Shown: positions 36,372 through 42,248 of the stretch, one piece after another | How the letters are laid out: the number at the start of each line of letters is the position of its first letter | Numbering within the stretch: the stretch's first letter is position 1 | Notes under the pieces: model-generated | What the model saw: the letters and a program-made list of their open reading frames with translations, nothing else | Told to the model about the DNA's origin: nothing | The model's database searches: none | Program-made: the position numbers and the translations under genes | NCBI GenBank assembly: GCA_043741375.1 | Contig: JAYUAJ010000437.1 | Location: forward strand, 1-42,248 | DNA from: Hyphomicrobiaceae bacterium | GTDB taxonomy: Bacteria > Pseudomonadota > Alphaproteobacteria > Rhizobiales > Hyphomicrobiaceae | Direction: 5' to 3' | DNA: 42,248 nucleotides

Positions 36372-37423
36372 CGACGGTCAGAGCGATACGCGACGTGCCC
36401 GGAGCCATGGAGTTCCTACATTACTCGGCCAAGTGTGGGCAGGACCCGTTGCTGGTGCAGGCGGCGGGCGGCAACACCTCGATCAAACAGAACGGCGTCC
36501 TGTGGGTGAAGGCGTCCGGCACCGAACTTGCCGATGCGTTGCTGAAGGATATTTTCGTGCCGGTGGCCTTGGCTCCGCTCCTCACCGGATTGGAGCGCGG
36601 CGACCCGGCCTGCGAGACATCGGCCGATTTCGTGGTCAGGGAGTTGAATACCAGGGGCCTGCGTCCGTCGATCGAAACGACGTTTCACGCCGTATTGCCG
36701 CAACGCATCGTCGTGCATGTGCATTGCGTCGAGACGCTGTCCTGGGCGTGCCGTGAGGATGGCGAAGCCGAACTGCGCACCCGGCTCAAGGGCCTGGACT
36801 GGGTTTGGGTGCCGTACGGGCGGCCCGGCCTGCCGCTCAGTCTGCAGCTGAAGGCGCGTCTGTCCCCGATCCCATCGGTGGTCGTGCTCGGCAACCATGG
36901 ATTGGTGGTGGCGGGCGAAACGGTGGAGGCGGCGGCCAAGCTCTTGGCCGAGGTCGGGCGGCGCCTGCGCCGTCCCGCGGCGGAGGCGAGGCCCGCCAAC
37001 TGGGCCAAGCTGGAACAGGCCGCCAATGGCAGCACATACCTGCCAGTCCGCGACGCGCAGGTGCATGGCATCGCGACCGATCCGTTTCGTTTGGAGGCGG
37101 CGCGCCGCGGATCCCTTTACCCTGACCACGTCATATTTCTCGGGCCGTCAGCCGTCGTGCTGAGCGAGGGCGAGACTGCGGCCGACGCCCTGGCGCGCGA
37201 GCCGCGGCCGATGGCACCGCTGATGCTGGTTCCCGGGGCGGGGGCGTTGTTGCCGCAAAGCGCCCTGCCGTCGGCCCATGCGCTTGCGCGCTGCCTGGCC
37301 GATGTTACGGCGCGGCTGCGGCCCGGCGATCCGCTGCACTACCTGAACCCGTCGGACGAAATGGCGCTGCTGAACTGGGACGCCGAGAAATACCGCCAGG
37401 CGCTGGCCAAGCGGGCGACATGA
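36368..37423 (+). CDS. class II aldolase/adducin-fold protein (351 aa; resembles N-terminal part of bifunctional RhaD-type proteins)
   Basis: GGNTSIK, metal-ligand pattern VVHVHCVETL (HxH) and LGNHGLVVAG, C-terminal LLNWDAEKYRQ. ATGA overlap with the GlpD-like gene. Confidence 0.7.
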   Translation: MTTVRAIRDVPGAMEFLHYSAKCGQDPLLVQAAGGNTSIKQNGVLWVKASGTELADALLKDIFVPVALAPLLTGLERGDPACETSADFVVRELNTRGLRPSIETTFHAVLPQRIVVHVHCVETLSWACREDGEAELRTRLKGLDWVWVPYGRPGLPLSLQLKARLSPIPSVVVLGNHGLVVAGETVEAAAKLLAEVGRRLRRPAAEARPANWAKLEQAANGSTYLPVRDAQVHGIATDPFRLEAARRGSLYPDHVIFLGPSAVVLSEGETAADALAREPRPMAPLMLVPGAGALLPQSALPSAHALARCLADVTARLRPGDPLHYLNPSDEMALLNWDAEKYRQALAKRAT

Positions 37424-38703
37424 CGATAATGGACAAACTTGCGCTGGGCATCGATATCGGTACCTCCGGGGCGCGGGTGGCGGTGCTGGATGCGGCCGGC
37501 GACGTGGTGGCCGAAGCCGCCGCCGCGATGGCAGCGCCGATGCGCACCGGAGCGTCACTCATCCAGGACGCGAGCCACTGGCTGGAGGCGGCGGTTGCAG
37601 CCATGGCCAAGCTGCGCGCCTCCGATGTGCTGCATCGTATCGGCGCGGTCGCGGTCGATGGCACCTCCGGCACCGTGCTTGGCGTCGATCAGGACGGGCG
37701 CCCCTTGGCGCCTGCCCGCATGTACAACGATGCGTGTCGCCCGGAATCGATTGCCGCGATTGCCGCCGTGGCGCCTGCCAGCAGTGCGGCCCATGGCGCA
37801 AGCTCGGCGCTCGGCCGCGCCATGGAGATGCAGGTGCTGCGCCCGCATCGCATTCTGCATCAGGCCGATTGGCTCGCCGGGCAGCTGTCGGGCCGCTTCG
37901 ATATCAGCGACGAGAACAATGCGCTGAAAACGGGCTACGACCCGGTGGCGCGGCGCTGGCCCCAATGGATCGCTGCGGCCGGCATGGATGTCTCGCTGTT
38001 GCCAGACGTCGTGCCGGCCGGAACCGCCATCGGACGGTGCCAGGGCCCGCACGCGCGCACGCTCGGATTGCCGGCCGGCGCCCTGGTCGTGACGGGAACA
38101 ACGGACGGATGCGCGGCATTTCTTGCCACCGGGGCCGATCAACCCGGTGATGGCGTTACGTCCTTGGGCTCAACCCTGGTCCTGAAACTGCTGTGCGACA
38201 AACCGTTGTTTGCGCCCGAATACGGCATCTATTCGCACCGCATTGGCGATGTATGGTTGGCGGGCGGCGCGTCCAATACGGGCGGCGCGGCCCTGCTGCA
38301 GCACTTCACGGTCGAAGAGATGCGCGCGCTTGAACCGCAGCTTGCTCCAGATCGCGCAACGGGGCTCGACTACTATCCGCTGCCGGGCGCAGGTGAACGC
38401 TTCCCCGTCAATGATCCTGCCGTAGCAAGCCGTGTGACGCCCTGCCCGGCTGACCGGGCGGTCTTTCTGCAGGGCCTCTTAGAAGGGATCGCCAACGTGG
38501 AAGCACTCGGCTATCAGCGCCTGGCCGAAATCGGAGCGCCGCCATTGAGCAGCCTGCGTACGGTTGGCGGCGGCGCGGGGAACAAGGTGTGGACGGAGAT
38601 CCGGCGGCGCAGGGTGCCGGCGCCGTTTCTTGCCGCGCGCAGCGAGGCCGCAGCGGCTGGCGTCGCGCGGCTGGCGCTGAAAGCAATGCGGGCGGTGTCA
38701 TGA
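37420..38703 (+). CDS. FGGY-family carbohydrate kinase (427 aa, short ribulokinase/xylulokinase-like type)
   Basis: LALGIDIGTSGARVAVLD, VDGTSGTVL, TGTTDGCAAFLATG, GGASNTGGA, TVGGGAGNKVW. ATGA overlaps at both ends. Confidence 0.8.
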   Translation: MTIMDKLALGIDIGTSGARVAVLDAAGDVVAEAAAAMAAPMRTGASLIQDASHWLEAAVAAMAKLRASDVLHRIGAVAVDGTSGTVLGVDQDGRPLAPARMYNDACRPESIAAIAAVAPASSAAHGASSALGRAMEMQVLRPHRILHQADWLAGQLSGRFDISDENNALKTGYDPVARRWPQWIAAAGMDVSLLPDVVPAGTAIGRCQGPHARTLGLPAGALVVTGTTDGCAAFLATGADQPGDGVTSLGSTLVLKLLCDKPLFAPEYGIYSHRIGDVWLAGGASNTGGAALLQHFTVEEMRALEPQLAPDRATGLDYYPLPGAGERFPVNDPAVASRVTPCPADRAVFLQGLLEGIANVEALGYQRLAEIGAPPLSSLRTVGGGAGNKVWTEIRRRRVPAPFLAARSEAAAAGVARLALKAMRAVS

Positions 38704-39551
38704 GCAAAGAACCGACAGCCATCGAGGGTCTCAGCGAGGTGATAGCGGCGCACGATCTGTTCCTGATCGACCAATACGGCGTGCTGCATGACGGGCGCTC
38801 GCTCTATCCGGGAGCCGTGGCGGCGCTTCAGGCCATCAAGGCTGCGGGCAAGACCAGCATCATTCTCACCAATTCCGGGAAGCGCGCGGTGCAGAACGCT
38901 GAGCGGCTGCACCAACTGGGTCTGCCGCGAGAGAATTTCAGCGCCGTCGTGAGTTCCGGCGAGGTGAGCTGGCACGCCATTGACGAGGGCCAGTTCGGTC
39001 CGCCATTCGCCCGCGGTGCACGAGCCTTTCTGGTCGGACGGCGTGGTGACGATTATGGCCTCGATGGGCTGGATCTGGAGTTTACGGACGATCCGGCCAA
39101 AGCCGATATGGTGCTGATCCTGGGGTGCGATGTGCCGCGCGTCAGTCTTGCCCACTACCGCCGCCTGCTCACGCCAGCCGCTCGTGCCGGGGTTCCGGCC
39201 CTGTGCTCCAATCCCGACAAGCTGATGCTGTCCGCAAAGGGCCTGCAACCGGCTCCGGGAGCACTGGCGGACATCTACCAGGAGCTTGGCGGCAAGGTGC
39301 GCTATCTCGGAAAGCCGTATGCCGACATCTATCGGTATGCCCTGAGCCAGGCGTCGGGCATTCCCAAACCCCGCGTGCTGGCGATTGGAGACAGTGTCGA
39401 ACACGACATCGCTGGAGCGATCCGGATCGGGGTGCCGTCGCTACTGATCCGTGGCGGCATCCTGGCCGAGCTCGACGGTGCCGATCTCGAAAATCTCTAC
39501 GCTGAGTACCAGGCCTGGCCGGACTACATTCTGGGCAAACTGGCGCCGTGA
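38700..39551 (+). CDS. HAD-superfamily subfamily IIA hydrolase (TIGR01459-like)
   Basis: Motif I region FLIDQYGVLHDG, ILTNSGK, KPY, motif IV GDSVEHDIAGA. ATGA overlap with the preceding kinase. Confidence 0.75.
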   Translation: MSKEPTAIEGLSEVIAAHDLFLIDQYGVLHDGRSLYPGAVAALQAIKAAGKTSIILTNSGKRAVQNAERLHQLGLPRENFSAVVSSGEVSWHAIDEGQFGPPFARGARAFLVGRRGDDYGLDGLDLEFTDDPAKADMVLILGCDVPRVSLAHYRRLLTPAARAGVPALCSNPDKLMLSAKGLQPAPGALADIYQELGGKVRYLGKPYADIYRYALSQASGIPKPRVLAIGDSVEHDIAGAIRIGVPSLLIRGGILAELDGADLENLYAEYQAWPDYILGKLAP

Positions 39552-39560
39552 ATAGCGACG

Positions 39561-40325
39561 CTACATCGTTCCGGCCACCGCCTCCAAGATCCCGATGTAT
39601 CCCTCCGCGGCCCAGGCGGAGCGGCCGATGAACAATCCGTCGACGTTGGATTGCGCGGCGAGCTCGCGGCAGTTGCCGGGACTGACGCTGCCACCGTACA
39701 GCACCGGCAGCGGGCGGCCGATGACCTCAACGGTCAGCTCTTTTATCATAGCGTGCTGTTCGTTCACGAAGCCGGGTTCGGCCGGAGTGCCGCCCTCGCC
39801 GATCGACCACACCGGCTCGTAGGCGATGAGGATGGTCTGGGCGCGATGTTCCGGCGCGATCTTCGACAGCGCCGCTGCGACCTGGCGCGCCAGCACCTGC
39901 GACGTTTGTTTGGCGTCGAACTCCGCGCGGGTATCGCCGATACAGACCAGCGGTGTCAGCCCGTGTTTGAGCGCGGCGGACGTTTTCAGCGACACCGTCT
40001 CGTTGGTCTCGCCGAAATGCGTGCGCCGCTCGCTGTGGCCGAGTTCGACCAGGCTTGCTCCGGCATCCTTGATCATCAGCGGCGAGATTTCACCGGTCCA
40101 GGCGCCAGCGTCGGCCCAATGCATGTTCTGCGCACCGACGCGCACGCGCGATCCGGCCAGCAGGCCGGCAACCTCCGCAATTGACGTAAACGGAGGAATG
40201 ACAAAGGGTTGCACGCGCGCGTCGGCAATGACCGGTGCGGCCGCGAGTGCCGTGGCAAACGCCTGCGCTTCGGCACGCGTCTTGTTCATCTTCCAGCTGG
40301 TGCCGATCCAGAGTGGGTCTGTCAT
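39561..40325 (-). CDS. triose-phosphate isomerase family paralog
   Basis: 254 aa from ATG 40325 (GGAAG SD): MTDPLWIGTSWKMNK, GAQNMHW, ELGHSERR, IAYEPVWSIGEGG, YGGSV. The N-terminal GTSWKMNK differs from the usual housekeeping GNWKMN. Confidence 0.8.
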   Translation of the reverse strand: MTDPLWIGTSWKMNKTRAEAQAFATALAAAPVIADARVQPFVIPPFTSIAEVAGLLAGSRVRVGAQNMHWADAGAWTGEISPLMIKDAGASLVELGHSERRTHFGETNETVSLKTSAALKHGLTPLVCIGDTRAEFDAKQTSQVLARQVAAALSKIAPEHRAQTILIAYEPVWSIGEGGTPAEPGFVNEQHAMIKELTVEVIGRPLPVLYGGSVSPGNCRELAAQSNVDGLFIGRSAWAAEGYIGILEAVAGTM

Positions 40326-40524
40326 GAGAGCTTCCGATTCTAAGGGGGGTAGAACGGCACCGGATGCCGTCCGGATGCCAGGTGCGGCCACGCCGACACC
40401 AAGTCCCTTGAGCTAGTGGCTTAGCGACGTATGCGATAGCTGATGTGTGTAGCCTCGATTACCCCAACAATCTCCAGTTTGCACTGATTTTGACACTCCG
40501 ATCTCCTGCGGTCCCATATCAAAG

Positions 40525-40612
40525 CCCGTAGGGTGGGCTGAGCCTTCGCGAAGCCCACCGATGGCGTTGCTGTTGCGGTGGGCTTGGCGAAGGCTCAGCG
40601 CCACTCTACGTA
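40525..40612. repeat. REP-like element: two inverted copies of a ~31-nt unit (gtagggtgggctgagccttcgcgaagcccac)
   Basis: Left unit at about 40528-40558. The right unit (about 40578-40609) has revcomp gtagagtggcgctgagccttcgccaagcccac. Its 5' end cccgtaggGtggg is related to the TIR cccgtaggTtggg of the element at 15549. Confidence 0.75.
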
Positions 40613-40619
40613 TACTGCC

Positions 40620-42248
40620 CTAAAGCTCCTCGTCGTCGTCCTCGGTGACCGGTTTCGAGGCGGCAATGCCCTCTGCCAGCGTGGCGAGGGGCGCGGCTAG
40701 GCTGGAACGATCGCCGGCAGCGATAACGTGACGGCCATTGCTGAGCGCGTAGATCAGGCCGTCTGGGACCGAGGAAGGAATTTTCCAGCCGGCAAGCGCG
40801 ATCACCAGCACACGGCCGGCGTTGGCCAGTGCGACCGTCTCCGTGCGCACCAGCCGCTCCCAAGCTGCGACGGTCAGCGCCACGACGGGCGTCAGCGACA
40901 GATCGAGCGGTTCGGGGCGGATCGCGACGGGGCCGGCATGTGGCAGCCGCAACAGTCCCGGCTCGCCCGCGATGATGCCGCCGGCCAGCAGCGCGGGCAT
41001 ATCGGCTTCGCGCAGCAGCGGAATATGGCGCGTGAGCCCGGCGTGAGTTGCGGCGGCGAAAGCAAAGCGCGGCTGCAGCGCATTGGCCAGGGGCAGCAGC
41101 TGGAAGCCGAAATTCACATCCGGCGCCAGCAGCACCATGGTCTGGCCAGCCGATACCGGTGGCGCCACGAATTGTTCGCCGGCAGCCACCTGAGGAACCA
41201 CGACGAAGCCGATGGCGCCATCACCCTGCGGCGCCAACGGCGACTTGGTCGGCGGATAGAGCAGGGAGCGGAGCAATCCCAAGCGCTCGTAGCCGCGCGA
41301 GAGCCGGGACATCAGGCCGACCAGGCTGATCAGTGAACGCAGCATTAGTACCAGGAAGAAAAAGAAGGTGAGCTTTTCGGCCGGCAGCGCCATCAGGCTG
41401 CGGCCCTCCGACAGGTAGACGCCATAGAAGGCCGCAAAGACGTGGACGCCCCCAACCACGGTCACGGCGTTCTGTTCGTTCAAGAGATGGCTCTGGCTGC
41501 CAAACGCCTGCGACAGCGCTTCGGTGGTCTCGGCCGGGATCGCGGCCTGGTCCAGGCCGCGCCCGGTGCGGCGCATGATCTCGCCGCTGATGAGCCCGAG
41601 GACCGGCTGGCGCAGCCGGGCCAGGCCGGCGTTGGATTTGGCCTGCATGCGCACCAGGCGCGAGATCGCCATGCCGTAGGCCGGAACGAACAGCAGGCTG
41701 AGAAAGCCGAGCACCGCCATGTCGCGGGCATCCTGCCAGATCAGCGCGCTCATCAGGATCAGCACCATCATGGCGTCGCGCATGCCGGTTTCCACCAGCC
41801 GGCCGATCGGGAAGGCGCCGCGCACGGCGCCGTCGAGCCGGGCGGCCAGCGGTTGCGGGCGCAGGACAACGCCGGGATCGATCAGCTGATCCCAGCGGGC
41901 GATGCGCGTGAGGCTGCCCGTGAGCTGCCAGAACAGGCGGCCTTGCCAGGCGATGGTCTCGGCATTGACCAGCCGGCCGACGCCATAGCTGAACAGGAAC
42001 GAGGCCGACCCAAACAGAAAGACGGCGAGCACGGCGGCATCGGGTTTGAGACGAACCGTCCAGGCATGCCAGCCGAGGGCAACATCGCTTGCGCCGGCTT
42101 GGGCGCTGTGAAGCAGTTCGGCTAACAGTACGAAAGGGATCGGATGCAACACGGCGCTGGCCACCACGGCGGCCAGCATCAAGGCGAAGCGCCAGCTGCT
42201 GCTTTGCGCAAAGTGCCTCAACAAGACAAAATATGTGCCGAGATAGCG
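40620..42248 (-). CDS. ABC exporter-like membrane protein (six-TM type I exporter-like domain) with a C-terminal ~200-aa domain lacking all NBD motifs; N-terminus may lie outside window
   Basis: The reading frame is open to the window edge (..RYLGTYFVLLRHFAQSSSWRFALMLAAVV..). TM pattern is 2 + long loop + 2 + long loop + 2, as in ABC exporters. The C-terminal region (..GQTMVLLAPDVNFGFQLL.., ..RVLVIALAGWKIP.., ..YALSNGRHVIAAGD) has no GxxGxGK[ST], LSGGQ or hhhhDE. Acidic end DDDEEL. Confidence 0.6.
   Translation of the reverse strand, partial: RYLGTYFVLLRHFAQSSSWRFALMLAAVVASAVLHPIPFVLLAELLHSAQAGASDVALGWHAWTVRLKPDAAVLAVFLFGSASFLFSYGVGRLVNAETIAWQGRLFWQLTGSLTRIARWDQLIDPGVVLRPQPLAARLDGAVRGAFPIGRLVETGMRDAMMVLILMSALIWQDARDMAVLGFLSLLFVPAYGMAISRLVRMQAKSNAGLARLRQPVLGLISGEIMRRTGRGLDQAAIPAETTEALSQAFGSQSHLLNEQNAVTVVGGVHVFAAFYGVYLSEGRSLMALPAEKLTFFFFLVLMLRSLISLVGLMSRLSRGYERLGLLRSLLYPPTKSPLAPQGDGAIGFVVVPQVAAGEQFVAPPVSAGQTMVLLAPDVNFGFQLLPLANALQPRFAFAAATHAGLTRHIPLLREADMPALLAGGIIAGEPGLLRLPHAGPVAIRPEPLDLSLTPVVALTVAAWERLVRTETVALANAGRVLVIALAGWKIPSSVPDGLIYALSNGRHVIAAGDRSSLAAPLATLAEGIAASKPVTEDDDEEL

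Noticed and set aside
40413-40604. 63-aa minus-strand ORF
   Set aside because: It mostly translates the REP-like inverted doublet at 40525-40612 and lower-GC spacer. It has no SD and no coding bias.
1-42248. Scan for tRNA/rRNA genes, IS transposases, integrases, prophage genes, toxin-antitoxin pairs and known defence systems
   Set aside because: None was recognisable by eye in any frame. Apart from the 15.0-16.1 kb repeat-rich gap, the window looks like core chromosome rather than an accessory island.

Overview
GC-rich, almost fully coding chromosomal segment. Gene content and repeat types suggest an alphaproteobacterium of the Rhizobiales/Bradyrhizobiaceae type (inference only). Region 1-15 kb, mostly minus strand: 3' end of epmA, modA next to an orphan form-II CoxL-like molybdo-hydroxylase subunit, a class I glutamine amidotransferase, an SDR, a 1125-aa Suv3-like helicase with an Arg-rich disordered tail, a DUF3108-like protein, rpmB, rpe, an ADP-forming acyl-CoA synthetase, a GFA-family protein and a hypothetical protein. 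Region 15-24 kb: a REP/MITE-rich gap holding a low-GC, apparently internally deleted gene remnant, then a ~1045-aa 4-TM coiled-coil membrane protein, a divergent class A PBP, and a divergently transcribed orphan ParA-like ATPase with a Pro/Ala-rich tail. Region 24-42 kb: matB, a SorC-family regulator, and a ~12.9-kb, 11-gene operon with mostly overlapping or near-abutting junctions (SBP, 2 permeases, 2 ATPases, FGGY kinase, D-2-hydroxyacid DH, GlpD-like DH, class II aldolase-fold protein, second FGGY kinase, HAD-IIA). This operon faces a triose-phosphate-isomerase paralog and is followed by an ABC-exporter-like protein with no recognisable NBD motifs. I saw no rRNA, tRNA, CRISPR, transposase, integrase, phage or recognisable defence genes. 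There are two candidates for something undescribed, both resting on inference. (1) The 'ery-like' polyol operon has an enzyme set that does not match the characterised erythritol or glycerol loci; its SBP gene carries an in-frame TAG, and one of its two ATPases has degenerate catalytic motifs. (2) The PBP, giant membrane coiled-coil protein and ParA-like ATPase form a neighbourhood. Several repeat families are directly visible, including a REP-type double hairpin inserted in frame inside a CDS. All product calls come from motif recognition by eye; no database search was possible.
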